DNA of 64,000 bases from Octopus vulgaris (Eukaryota), in NCBI GenBank assembly GCA_951406725.2, contig OX597815.1, positions 89,404,001 to 89,468,000 on the forward strand, read 5' to 3'. A program made the translations under genes and the position numbers. Under the pieces are notes generated by a model. That model saw only the letters and a program-made list of their open reading frames with translations. It did not search any database and was not told where the DNA came from. This document shows positions 43,096 through 55,449 of this stretch, in pieces (position 1 is the stretch's first letter; every line of letters starts with the position of its first letter).

Positions 43096-44495
43096 AATTT
43101 CACAAAGTTTATCTTACATGCAACATTATTCTTTAAACTATACTATTTCGTTAGTAAGGTCTTTATTCATATCGATACAGCCTTGGACAAGTAGTCATTG
43201 GCAATCCTAGTTCTTGATAAACTTGACTTTGCTCGTAAGATTATAGAACAAAAAATACAACCAAGCTTATTATCACTTTTATGTATTTTAAGATAAGATT
43301 TCTGGAGTATAATAATTCCTACAATTTGAGATTTAAAATATATTAGTGAAAATGATTTAGATCATTTAGAGTGTTTGTATGTTTTTACGTTCTTTTATTA
43401 ATTCTATTAAGCGCAATGTAACAATACGTTTTCAGCGCATAAAGAAAATGCCAATGCATTCTGAAGTTGTAAACTCGGTTAGCTGGTTTCTAAACGTTAA
43501 AAAACCTATTCTTAGTTCATCAAGATATACGACAATTTATCAAGACATACGAAAATTGTAAACGTCAATTTATTATCGTGTTTTCACGATCTTATATTAA
43601 CTTTTCAGGTAAAGTTATCAGGAACACCGAGCTTTCTATGTGAATCAGATATTCAAATAAATATATAAAAGCTATTCTTTCATTCCAAATAAATTAATCA
43701 CACAAACACACATACAGATATAAATATGCACATATACTCACAGAGCTACACAAATGTGTACGCATATGTACATACCCACAAATATACACTCACACAGACA
43801 TATATAATTTGTATCCAATGCGGGAACGAATACTGTCTCACTTTCTACGATAGCTGACTAGAAACTGGTACTTTATATGTATATGACCAAATCATACAGC
43901 ATCAAGTAGATGCACTTGTAGGTAAAACCACAATTCTTTATAAAGGTATTTTTAAGCGTCCAATATCAGCGTGCAATATTCGATGGAAGAAAATATTTGG
44001 TATTGAGATATACTTTCATTCATATAAGTACAGAGAAATATATTGGCCATTATATTCCGTGTTAGACTTAACGCTCTTCATATGAAGAAAAGAATAAGAC
44101 AGAAATGTTTATGCGGTACTCTACATACCAAATACATGCCATCAGCCAGTACATGCCAATACATATCATTACCAAATCAAAATGCAATGTTAAAAACAAT
44201 ACAACAATATAAATGCAATGTTAATTATGCATGTGGATGCGAAAAGAAGATATAAATTGATTTGATAATTCACTTAGTGTAACTGGCTTTCTAAATATGA
44301 CTGAGAATCACACAATTTACGCTGCGTATGTAATTGATATAACCGAGTGTTAGCTTATTTTACTGACTAAGAAGAACGAACACAAAGACAAATTCGTGAG
44401 ATAATATATTATTTTATCTCCAAAATTCGTTCCAGTGGTCCCATTTGATCATAGCTCCATATATTCAATACTTGTCCCTGCTATTTTTAACTTTC

Positions 44496-45110
44496 TTATA
44501 TCCATCTGTGAACATTGCTCTCGAGAATGATGTCATCTCCGGTAAGAATCTGTTGTCTTCTGTAGACATTAGATGTATCATATTCTTCCTTTTTTAAGAT
44601 ATTACTGACAGCGCATTGCTTTTTCTTGAAACACATCTTTACTTTTGCCTGCCATGAAAAAGGGCAAAAAGTGTTACTACAGAGAAGAGGATTTGCATGA
44701 TCCATATAGTTTAATACATTTGTTACGTCCGCTTTTGTATTTGTGTCGGAAGAAAACTGGTCTAATAAAATACGAGCAATGAGCAAATAAACCAAGATCA
44801 AAGCCAATAATTATCAGCGCGATACCATTTCTGGGGTTGTTTTTGTGTAAAGAGGATTGGTATATGAATATTTCTTTGCAGAAGATTCATGCATCCTTAA
44901 ATATGGGAATTCTAGTTTAGCATATTGTTACATAACGTGACACATACCTTTCTATTAATACATGATCTAATTGATGTGTATTAGGTCCGTAGTATGTTAC
45001 TTTTATGTGTTGGAATCGCATTATTCTCTCTTAATACCGTATGCAAAAGTGAGCATATTTTCCCTTATGATACTTTGATATATGGTACAACCATAGGTAA
45101 AAGAAGGCTT
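44496..45110 (-). pseudogene. Possible decayed class-A GPCR C-terminal half (TM5-TM7)
   Basis: LLPMVVPYIKVS*GKICSLL (TM5-like), LLALILVYLLIARILL (TM6-like), VTNVLNYMDHANPLLC (NPxxY-like). Confidence 0.4.
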
Positions 45111-45534
45111 GAATATTTTGAACATGTCAAAGAAGGATTAGAGAGGATTATATCACGTCGTTCAATGTAGTTTAGATAATAGATATTAAATTGTTAATCA
45201 ATTTATTTCCCAATTAAATAGAAAAGTGTAATTTAGGATTGACATTTATTGTGATAATTACTAAAGTTGACGGCACTATCATAATGCTAGTTCTTTACAA
45301 CAAATACAGAATAAATAGTTTCTTGTTTTCTCAATTATTATCTCAAGTACCAAGTAATAATCAGGGAATATACTGAGTGGAAAAGTATCTTTGCAATTAG
45401 AAAAGTAATTGCTGAATAGCGAGAGTAAATATTTAGGGTAATTAACATAATTGTTTGGCATCCTTTCTGTCTCGGGAGACAATGGAGTTGCGCATTTTTT
45501 TTTTTTTTTCTAGGTCTAGTCCGGCTGTTATATT

Positions 45535-46956
45535 TTATTTCCTGTTACATTTCTTGCTGTGGCTGTGTAGTCCTATCCTGGACAAACACTCCCTCTGGCA
45601 GGTACTGCAAATGTAGCGAAGACTGTTCCTGGCTGATTGTAGTGCCATGGTCTCTTGTTTATGTCTCTTCCTTTCTTTCCATTTCTCCTCTCTCTTTCTG
45701 TCACTCCTCTGTATACCCTCTTTTACTGTACGTCGCCATTCTCCACGGTTGCCGGCGACTGCCTCCCAACCGCTAATGTTGATGTTGCAGGCCTTCATAT
45801 CCCTTTTGCAAACATCCTTGTAACGCAAGATCGGTCTACCCACAGACCTAGTACCCCTAGCAAGCTCTCCGTAGAGTATGTCCTTGGGGATTCTGCCATC
45901 TTTCATACGGCTAACATGCCCAAGCCATCTCATACGTCTTTGTGTGAGGAGTGCAAACATGCTTGGTATTCCTGCTTGCCTGAGGACATCTTTGTTGGGG
46001 ATATGATTCTGCCATTTGATGTGGAGGATTTTTCGGAGGCAGCGCAGGTGAAAGATGTTTAGGCGACGCTCTTGGCGTGTGTATAGCGTCCAGGTCTCGC
46101 TTCCATACAGTAGAGTGCTGAGTATACATGCCTGGTAGATCTTCATTTTTGTGGTCTTGGTCAGCTTATTGTTGTCCCAAGCCCGTTTGGAGAGTTGGGC
46201 CATCGCAGCAGCTGCCTTGCCAATGCGTATATTGAGCTCAGCGTCAAGGGATAGGTTGTAGGTGACGGTAGAGCCCAGATAGGTAAACTTCTCCACCTCT
46301 TGTAATCTGTGGTCTCCAATATGTATGTTTGGGATGTCCGATGTAGCCTGGCCCATGATGTTGGTCTTCTTAAGGCTGATAGCTAAGCCAAAGTCGTTAC
46401 ATGCTTGCTCAAAACAGTTAATGAGCCTTTGGAGGGCTTCTTCTGTGTGTGTTACCAGAGCGGCATCATCAGCAAATAACATCTCCTTGATCAGGACGTT
46501 TCTGATTTTGGTCTTGGCACGCAGGCGCGAGAGATTGAACAGTTTCCCGTCACTTCTACTGTGCAGAAACACTCCATCATCTGATGTCTGAAAGGCATGT
46601 GACAGCAAGAGTGAGAAGAAGATGCCAAACAATGTAGGAGCGAGGACACAGCCTTGCTTTACCCCGTTTTTTATTTGGAAGGCGGCTGATGTTGAACCGT
46701 TGTGCTGTATGGTGCCTTGCATGTCATCATGGAAAGACTTGATGATCCTCAGCAGCTTTGGTGGACATCCGATTTTTTGGAGCTGGAGGAAGAGGCCTGT
46801 TCTGCTTACCGAGTCAAAAGCCTTTGTTAGATCAATGAAGGCCATATATAATGGCATTTTCTGCTCTCTGGACTTCTCCTGAAGTTGGCGTATGGAGAAT
46901 ATCATATCGATAGTTGATCTGCTTCTTCTAAAGCCACACTGCGATTCCGGATAGAT
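45535..46956 (-). CDS. RTE ORF C-terminal part: reverse transcriptase and terminal Cys/His finger
   Basis: IYPESQCGFR, FIDLTKAFDSV, GVKQGCVLAPTLF, LFADD, FTYLGS, LLYGSETW, RWLGHV, CSTCQRECLSRIGLHSHSKKC; same frame as the upstream part. Confidence 0.95.
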   Translation of the reverse strand: MYPESQCGFRRSRSTIDMIFSIRQLQEKSREQKMPLYMAFIDLTKAFDSVSRTGLFLQLQKIGCPPKLLRIIKSFHDDMQGTIQHNGSTSAAFQIKNGVKQGCVLAPTLFGIFFSLLLSHAFQTSDDGVFLHSRSDGKLFNLSRLRAKTKIRNVLIKEMLFADDAALVTHTEEALQRLINCFEQACNDFGLAISLKKTNIMGQATSDIPNIHIGDHRLQEVEKFTYLGSTVTYNLSLDAELNIRIGKAAAAMAQLSKRAWDNNKLTKTTKMKIYQACILSTLLYGSETWTLYTRQERRLNIFHLRCLRKILHIKWQNHIPNKDVLRQAGIPSMFALLTQRRMRWLGHVSRMKDGRIPKDILYGELARGTRSVGRPILRYKDVCKRDMKACNINISGWEAVAGNRGEWRRTVKEGIQRSDRKREEKWKERKRHKQETMALQSARNSLRYICSTCQRECLSRIGLHSHSKKCNRK

Positions 46957-48579
46957 TCAAGAAGCAAGTAGTTGTAGCCTGGCCAGGATAACGCGGGCAA
47001 AGGTCTTTCCAACAGTGCTTAGAAGGGATATACCACGGTAATTGTTACAATCACCACGGTCACCTTTGTTTTTGTAGAGCGTAATGATGTTGGCATCCCG
47101 CATATCCTGAGGGACTGTACCCTCTTCCCAGCACTGACACAGAAGCTCATGAAGGTGCCGAAGCAGGATGGTGTTTTTGCCGGCTTTGATGATCTCTGAG
47201 GGGATGCCGTCTTTTCCCGGAGCCTTATTTCTTGCTAGGGAGTCAACAGCCTTGGTGAGCTCTGCTATAGATGGCGGACTGTCAAGTTCGCACATGACTG
47301 GCAAGATCTTGACACTCTCGACTGCAGCCTCAGCCACTGTGGTCTCCCGTGAGTAGAGATCCTGGTAGTGCTCCACCCATCTATTCATTTGCTTGCCTTG
47401 ATCCCTGATGAGATCTCCAGTAGTTGATTTCAGAGGGGCTGACTTGGTTGCGGATGGACCGAGGGCCTTCTTCAAACCAGCATACATCCCACGGGTGTCG
47501 CCCCTGTCAGCAGCTGACTGGATACTCTGACAGATTTCCTGCCAATACCTATTTGCACAGCATCTGGCTGTCAGTTGGGTTTTATTTCGTGCCTTTCTGA
47601 GTTCTTCGAGTGACTTTGTAGAAGAGTCACTTTTGTATTGCACCAGAGCTGCACGCTTTGCTTCGATAACTGGCTCCAGCTCTGAGAGCCCAGCATTGAA
47701 CCAATCTGGGTTTTGCCTTTCTCTCATGCCGAAAGTATCCAATGATGTCGTATACAAGGCTTCCCTGATATAGTCCCACCTACTTTCAGCAGAGGAGGTT
47801 GGGCAGCTACTGAGGGCAACCTTGATAGAAGCAGCAAAACATTTTCGCAGTGTAGGGTCCGAGGTTCTGGCGGTGTTGATGCGTGGTCGGCCCACTTTCT
47901 TGGAGCGATAGACTTTTTTAGGGAGAACCCTCACCCTGCTTCTAATTAGTGAGTGGTCTGTGTCACAATCCGCACTGTGGTAACTGCGGGTCAATAGAGT
48001 GGAACTCAGAAAGGATCTCCGTGTAATGATGAGATCCAGCTGATGCCAGTGGTGAGATCTTGGATGTCTCCAGGATGCCTTGTGGGATGGCTTGCTGGTG
48101 AAGAATGTGTTTGTGATGCACAGGATGTGGTATGTGCAGAATTCGAGTAGTCTCTGACCATTGTCATTCATGTTGCCAATACCAAAGTGTCCAACACAAA
48201 TGGGCCACGAATCATGGTCAGATCCCACGCGAGCGTTAAAATCCCCTAGAAGGTAGATATTTTCAGTCGTTGGTATATTTTCTAGGACACAGTTGATATC
48301 TTTGTAGAACTGGTCCTTGGTCTCCTCTGAGCTGTAGATAGTGGGAGCATAGATGCTGAGTAGATGTACTGAGCCAGAAGAAGTCGAGAGGCGCAGTGAG
48401 AGGATACGCTCAGTGCCTCCCGATGGTGGTTCTATTGAGGAGAGTAGTGAGTTTCTCACTGCAAAGCCAACGCCATGTTGACGAGTTTCTTCTGGATCTC
48501 TTCCCTGCCAAAAGAAGGTGAAGTCCTGCTCTTTGAGTCTGCCGTTTGAGGGAAGTCTTGTCTCCTGCAGCCCTGCAGC
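46957..48579 (-). CDS. RTE ORF N-terminal part: APE endonuclease and start of RT
   Basis: LQETRL, HGVGFAV, SIYAPT, LLGDFNARVG, WHQLDLII, DCDTDHSL, KAPGKDGIP, NYRGISLLS; ends at an in-frame TGA at 46957-46959. Confidence 0.93.
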   Translation of the reverse strand, partial: AAGLQETRLPSNGRLKEQDFTFFWQGRDPEETRQHGVGFAVRNSLLSSIEPPSGGTERILSLRLSTSSGSVHLLSIYAPTIYSSEETKDQFYKDINCVLENIPTTENIYLLGDFNARVGSDHDSWPICVGHFGIGNMNDNGQRLLEFCTYHILCITNTFFTSKPSHKASWRHPRSHHWHQLDLIITRRSFLSSTLLTRSYHSADCDTDHSLIRSRVRVLPKKVYRSKKVGRPRINTARTSDPTLRKCFAASIKVALSSCPTSSAESRWDYIREALYTTSLDTFGMRERQNPDWFNAGLSELEPVIEAKRAALVQYKSDSSTKSLEELRKARNKTQLTARCCANRYWQEICQSIQSAADRGDTRGMYAGLKKALGPSATKSAPLKSTTGDLIRDQGKQMNRWVEHYQDLYSRETTVAEAAVESVKILPVMCELDSPPSIAELTKAVDSLARNKAPGKDGIPSEIIKAGKNTILLRHLHELLCQCWEEGTVPQDMRDANIITLYKNKGDRGDCNNYRGISLLSTVGKTFARVILARLQLLAS

Positions 48580-48893
48580 CCATAATTAGTTCATAACTAA
48601 TGCACATTTAGCTTTCTACCTCTAGAAACGATACTATATTAATTCTTTCCAGATTACTATTCATAGAGACATATATACAGTAGATTAGTATAGAAACTAG
48701 TATCTTTCATAAGCTTAATTCCACAAATTGCAAAATATGAACACGTTATTTAAAAATTAATAAATTTGAAGTGTGTTTGCTTAGTTAAGTATTTAAAACT
48801 AATAAAAGAAAAGATCGTGTAATTTCATGTTACAATCTAATCACATGAACAATTAAATATATTTTACTGTCGAATAAAAATGGTTAATATATA

Positions 48894-49759
48894 CGAGGGG
48901 GTACCCAAAAGTATCCCGGAACGTTCTATGTGGAACAAGCCCGTTCCAGTTCAGGTTTCTATTGCTAGAAGCTACTTGATGCAACCTTCAGTTATCGGTT
49001 TGCTTTCCGGTGTTGTTCAGTGCGCTCATACTGTCAAGCGTCTTTGTCTAGCGGTGTTTCTCCTCTGTTCGTCGATTTTTGCGATGGCCGAAATGAAGGA
49101 ACAGCGTGCTTCCGGGAAATTCTGTTTTCTGCTGGGGAAAGCAGTGGCGGAAACAGTTTTCCCGCTTCAAAGAACTTACAAGGACGCTGCCATGAGCAAA
49201 ACAGAAGTTTACGAGATTGGTTTTCATATTTAAGAACAGTCACTAGTAGCTTGAAGGAAATGGAGACCAATCTCGTTCAGGACGACAGTTGACCTCCCGA
49301 ACGAATGAAAATTCGTGAACTGATCTCAGAAGACCGTCACAGAACAATTGACAGACTTGTTGATATGACTTGTTCCTGGAAAAGAATTTTGAGCGAGAAA
49401 TTGTGAATGAAAAGAGTTACAACAAAATTTGGACGTTGCTTACTCACGAAAGATCAAAAGCAGTCACAATTGAATGCATGTTGCGGACTGAAAGAACAGT
49501 TGGAAGCTGATCCGGATCTTTTTTGGAAGGTCCTCACAAGTGACGAAAGCTGGTCCTACGGAATTTGCAGATATGGAAGAGGGGAAGACAAAACGACGAA
49601 GGTATCACTTCGCAAGGGTGCCAGCACTGCTTCTAACTGTGGAAAATGCGTGTGATCCGAGGCATTGCTTCAAATGGAGAATACTTTGAAAGGCGATAAA
49701 AGCATAAACATGAATAAAATAATATTCCCAAATTCCAGTTTGTTCTGGGTACCCCCTTG
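48894..49759 (+). mobile_element. Internally deleted mariner DNA transposon with TIRs and TA TSD
   Basis: TA-CGAGGGGGTACCCAAAA ... TTCTGGGTACCCCCTTG-TA; HTH EQRASGKFCFLLGK..ETVFPLQRTY; TKFGRCLLTKDQK..KVLTSDESW; rest of the catalytic domain is missing. Confidence 0.92.
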
Positions 49760-49762
49760 TAT

Positions 49763-49797
<35 letters not shown>

Positions 49798-50569
49798 CAC
49801 ACTGGATATTTCACAATTTTAAATTCTCTAAAACAAGAGAGTTCGTGACAAAGTTAAACAGAAATCACTTCAGATTACAACCACTGTTACGTAACCGGTT
49901 CGTCTACGTTTGTAAGGAATGTTTGCCATGATTTTATACTGAAAATGAAAGAAATAGTGAAAGATGAATATGATTTAGCAACATGAGAGACCAATCCTCA
50001 CTAATTGGAAATCAAAAGATACATTTTGTGGCTTGATGGTTACAGTATTCTTAAAGTAACATCATTTTTTATTTCTTTTATTTTCTTTTTTGTTTTGTAT
50101 TTTCCTGTATTAAGTCACTTTTATGGGGTTTTTCTTACACTACTACATTATGTTAACAATATTTGTGGCAACAAGTTTCCCGTTTTTTTATTATTCAACT
50201 AAAGTTCCTCTCTTTGGTACAATTTAGATATTCATAAAAAATATTTAGAAACACAAGCTGTCTGAAACAAAATTTGAAATTTCTATCTTTGTTATCGCAT
50301 CTAAAAACGCATCTGCCTGACTCGTCCAACATATGTGCATATATTACTTCTGTCTTCATGAATACGCAGATGCCTATATTTAGTATGCAAGCGTGAATTG
50401 TATATTTGAATATGCGTATCAAAGGGCCTGTTGATTGATCATTCATTATTGCTTTTGCTAATATTCTAAAAATTATTCGTTATTCTCTTTTCGGTATTCA
50501 TGCAATTATATACTCACCACTTTTTAGACACACACATACACTTAAAAATACAAATACATAGTATATTTC

Positions 50570-51350
50570 CCTTACAGTCCTGCAATCAGTCGTCGCATCT
50601 ATGACTTTGGCATGACTTGATAAGCTTTCCCCATACTGTTCGGAATTTTCGTTCGTGTTTGCTGTTTATCATTATCAATTCCTTTACACCTCATAATCCT
50701 TATTGTAGTATCTTTGAATCTCAGTCTAGATCTTCCATGATTTATTTTCCACTTGTGTAGTTAGAAGTAAACAAGTTGTCTTAGGAGTCTGCTGTATTCT
50801 ATCCTGTGTATGTGTAAACGAACGTAATGTGTAAACCAACGCAAATTTCCATCGTAGAAAGCAGACAAGTACGCCAGAGAATCTCTTCATTCTTGATATT
50901 CATAATATGTTGCAGCTGTCTCATGATATATGCATGTAACTTATCTACTCGAGTGTTATATAAGCTGTTCATGGGTAAGCTCCGTACAACAAAGAAGAAA
51001 TTACTATAGCTTGATATATCTTATATTTGACTTGTAGCGAAACATACTTATTTTTCCACGGCCGCTCCTGAAGCCTGACAAATGAACCACTAGATCTAGA
51101 CATTCTGTATATGATTTACTGGTCCAGTCTTGCATTATCTGAGATGGTGTAACCTAGGTATCTGAATACTTTGCAACATAGAGATGTTTTACAGGGGCAG
51201 CTAGATTCTCCGCAGGCTGGTAAAGGCATTCGGTTTTCTGATGTTAAACTTTAAGCTGAACAGTTGCGCAAATTATCTACCAGTTTCCACATAACTTCAG
51301 TATTGTAAAGAGAAGGTAATTGAAGCATTTTGGACAGTTTATCACAGCGA
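50570..51350 (-). mobile_element. Old RTE-type LINE RT relic
   Basis: FRYLGYTISDNARLD..IYRMSRSSGSFVRLQERPW..KYKIYQAIVISSLLYGA. Confidence 0.8.
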
Positions 51351-51512
51351 AAGGTAACGTCTTTTTTAAAGATGGATTATATGACTTAGTGAAAAGTTGA
51401 GTAAAGTTCATAAATGAACATGGATCAAACTTTGCTTAAATAAATCAGTTCTCTAATACTTCTGAAATATTTTATTTTTAAACTTTCAAATGCGACACTT
51501 CATGTGTGACAA

Positions 51513-51573
<61 letters not shown>

Positions 51574-51748
51574 GCATGTATGTATGTATGCATATATGTA
51601 TATATATATATATGATGTGTGTGTGTGTGTATATGTATATATATATATACATATATACATATATATATGTATGTATATATGTGTATATATATATATATGT
51701 ATATATATATACATATATATATATATTTGTATATATATATATATATAT

Positions 51749-52902
51749 TGTTACGGAATCACCCGTCGTCGCCCGTCCCGAACGGCTCACACAAGTTCCG
51801 CCACGGAACCCAAAGAGGCGGAGAGAGGAGATACAGATAGATACTGCCACAACCTCAACAGCACAGAGATACAGAGGCACAACCCGAGATACAACCCAAA
51901 GAGGCAAGGCAACAACTGGCAACACTGGCTTATATTCAAACAACAGTTTATACGACAATTACAATTGCTACACATCAAATACATTTAAAGGAAACATGCA
52001 CGTGACTACTCAATACATCATGCAACAGATCAAACATTTAACAACAGCATTTCAAGATTACAATTCAAAGCATAATACAACATCATGTAACAATTCAAGA
52101 GTACACGTCCCAAGACAACAGTTCTCTTAAAGTCTCTTTCTGAACATCATAACCACGACTCGATAATCGACACATCGACAGAGTCTCTGACTGTTCTCTT
52201 CACTGTTCAATACACCGTGACACATATCAATGCACAACACATACCTCATTTCCCATTTGAATCTGCCAGTGTCCCATTCCTCTCAATACTGCTAATTCCT
52301 CTGAATACTCTGCTAATTCCCCTCTGTGCATATTCCAATCGCTCGCTCCTAGGCCTCCTCGCATCCCAGCTCGCTCCCAGGAATTCCAACGCTTGCTCCT
52401 TAAATCCAAGGTTCCATCCACTCGCTCTGACCTCCAGAGTCCGTCCGTGTTCCTCGACGACCGCTCAACGACTGCCAAGACCTCACTTCGTCTCTGTCCT
52501 TCTTCCACTCCCTCATCTCCCTCTGTTCTACCACCTATAGTCTTTCTATTTGCTATCTGATTCCTTACTCTATCTATATCGCCTACTGTCCCTTAGCCTC
52601 TCTATCTGTCCCTTAGTCTTATACTCTATCTCTCTCATGACAGCTCTACCAAACTCTCTGCCTGTTCTTCTCTCCTACTGTCAATACCCTCTCCATCTGC
52701 TCTTAGATTCCCTTAATCTGTCCTCCTCTTCACTTCTTCAAGGGGTGCCCAGAGCGACCCCTAATTCACCGCACAAGGTCACAGGTCATTCCAAAACCCA
52801 TTAGTCCTCCATTAAACAAAAGACTGTCACTTTTCTACTAGACATGCCGGAACCATAATTCCAATGTGGGTCACCGGGAAATGCACCAGCTAAACCGTAA
52901 CA
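51749..52902. mobile_element. Solo LTR (probably Gypsy-type) inserted in a (TA)n tract
   Basis: Starts TGTTACGG and ends CCGTAACA (TG..CA with an 8-bp inverted repeat); ATAT on both sides; no coding domain. Confidence 0.8.
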
Positions 52903-53003
52903 ATATATATATATATTACTGTGTAAATTATAAGGGTAAATAAGTAGAACAATTTATTACCAGCGGTTTGCATGAGTAATAACAGTCATAAGACAACATA
53001 TTT

Positions 53004-53148
53004 TTATATATAAGAGTGTATAAATGTTTATACACGGAGAGAAGACCCGTAAAGGAGTTCTTACATGCGACTTCCCTTTTTAACATGTAAGAAGTCCTGT
53101 TATGAGTATTCTCTCCGTGTATAAACCTTTATTCACTCTTATATATAT
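53004..53148. repeat. ~145-bp imperfect fold-back element
   Basis: TATAAGAGTG..TTTATACACGGAGAGAA..TTCTTACATG pairs with CATGTAAGAA..TTCTCTCCGTGTATAAA..CACTCTTATA. Confidence 0.85.
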
Positions 53149-53229
53149 ATATACTCATACGGTTGTGTATGATTGTGTATAGAAGAAACTATTAATCAAA
53201 GGAATTCCAACTTTGTCTGAGCTTCATGT

Positions 53230-55435
53230 TTCATTTACAATCTTATAAAAATATAATATAATATAATATACTATTTAAATGAAAGAATATTAAATGTTCA
53301 TTCTGACTGAACTAGAACTTTCATGCCTTAAACTATGCAATCTTCAGGTTCATGTAGTAGTGGTTTTACAAATTACAACTGTAGTGAGATGGCTAAAATG
53401 TGTGCCTTAAATGCATTTGTACAGGCTCCAGAATGTTAAATTTTGCAAACTGTGTTATGACCAATCAATGTGTGGCTTCATTAAATTACTTAAGTTGATT
53501 AGTGTTTGGTTTAGGCGTCACGGTTTGTTAAACATGTGCAGTGACCTGTATTTTGATCCTAGCCAAAGCAGTAAGCGTTTGGCTATTTTTAGAAATGTAA
53601 CATTTTCTAGTGATTTTTACATTTCAGTTATCATCATTACCGTTATCGTCACCTTTATTATTTTTATCATTGTTGTTGGTGGTGGTGGTAGCAGCTGTGG
53701 TAATGGAACTTTAACTCTAAATAAGATTATTTCTACTGACCGTTCTTTTAGCTAGTATTTTCCTGTTATCATCATAATGAGAACCTTTAGTATTGTTTTT
53801 GTTGTAAGCTGTAGAAGTAGTACCTCTAAGTATTATTATTATTCTTTATTTAGCTTGTGTTGGAATTTATCAATAAAGTTCTTTTCTTTGACATTTCTTA
53901 CGATTTCACTTAGACTGTATAGTTTGTAGAATGGAAATGTTATAAATATTTCTAGATGGTTACTCAGAGGTATCTGACGGACATCTGGATCTCTAATTTG
54001 CTGTCGGTACACACGTGAACGTTCTGATAGAACATTTCCAGTCTGACCCACATAGCTTCTTCAGAATTCGAGCATTTGAGGCAGTAAAATAAAAAGAAAT
54101 GATTTTGCAATTCATATTTGCGTTTGTGAATATTTTTCGGTTGTTTTGTGTTCATATATTTGGCAGTATGTATGAATTGGCATGTGCCACAGCGGCTGTC
54201 ATTGCATTCTGATACAGTGAATGACTGATCTTTGTTGCTAAGGTCAAAATGTTGTCTTTGTTAATGATGTTTTAATAATATTTCAAGCTGTCTTTTACTA
54301 AGAACTATAAGCCAATCCGATATTATATGTTTCCATTCATTACTTTGGTAGGTTTACTTTGGCAATGTTGAAGATATTCTGGTGACATGGGTTGTGTGTC
54401 ACTATAAATGGTATGACTTGTTCCTGTTTTCCTCTTCTTTGGGTCGTCCCCAGTTGTTCTATGGGTATTTTTATAGCCTGCTATGCCATTTTCTAAAAGT
54501 GGAGACAGGTAAATTTGTTTGAGCAAAAATTTTCTTAGTTCTGTTATGCGTTTGTTCAAAAAGAATGGTACACATTCTTCTGGCTAGGCTGTATGGGATG
54601 TTGCGCTTTGTATGTGGTGGATGACACGACTTAAAGTTCAGGTATTGATGTGTGTCCGTGTGTTTATAGTATATCTGTGGTAATGACGGTGTCCTTTTTA
54701 ATTACTATTATATCTAGGAGTGGTAATTTGGTACTACTCATCTCCTTTGTAATTTGGTGAGATGCGTATAGGTTGCTCAGGAGTATATTGAACTTCCAGA
54801 ATATTTAGTGATTCTATCCAGATTATGAAGCAGTCGTCAAGATAACTCTTCCATGCCTTTTCACTATAATTTCTAAATTCAGTGCTATAGTTTTTTTCCT
54901 GTTTCTTATTAGAGTTGTTCTAAATATCCCATTACAGAATTCTCGTAAACAGGCGCAAACCTTGTTCCCATCACCGTTCCTTTAATTTGAATGTAATTAT
55001 TTCTATTAAAGAAGAAGGTGTTGTTTTCTTGAATACGACTGACTGTGTCTAATATAAATGGCACTCTGAATCTCTTGGGAATCTCTTCACTATGTTTTTC
55101 TACCAAGTATTTAATTAGCTTTATTCCTAAATCCTGTGGAATATTGGTGTAAAGGATTAAAACATCAAAACTAAGTAAAAGTGGATTTCTTTCTGTTGTT
55201 TTGTGAAGGTGGGGCAGGAAGTCGATATCATTCCTGATGAAACTGGTTATGTAGGTGCATAGTGATTTCAAAACAATGTCGATAAAATTGCTTAGACGGT
55301 CGGTAGGACATGTTCTACCAGCAATAATAGGTATAAGTTTTAAGTCTTTTGTATATAGTGATTTTATGTACTCACTTTCTTTTTCTTTTACAGCATGCTG
55401 AATATATTTTGACTTATGTATTTTCGGTAGGCAGT
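53230..55435 (-). mobile_element. Penelope-like element relic: RT, GIY-YIG and 3' repeat with hammerhead
   Basis: YCLPKIHKS, PIIAG..CPTDRLSNFIDIVLK, SFDVLILYTNIP, YIQIKGTVMGTRFAPVY, WKSYLDDCFIIW and GQTGNVLSERSRVYRQQIRD; endonuclease resembles that of 13157-14198. Confidence 0.92.
53308..53352 (-). ncRNA. Minimal type-I hammerhead ribozyme motif
   Basis: UGAAC-CUGAAGA-U-UGC..GCA-U-GAAA-G-UU-C-UA-GUUCA; 5-bp stem I; canonical CUGANGA and GAAA; downstream of and on the same strand as the PLE ORF. Confidence 0.72.
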
Positions 55436-55449
55436 ATTCCTCATACAAG

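Larger units (their letters stand above)
45453..48580 (-). mobile_element. RTE/BovB-type LINE, young and slightly 5'-truncated
   Basis: Continuous APE+RT frame; 3' hairpin GTCTCCCGAGAC; TSD CATAATT at 45446-45452 and 48581-48587; visibly more GC-rich than its flanks. Confidence 0.97.
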
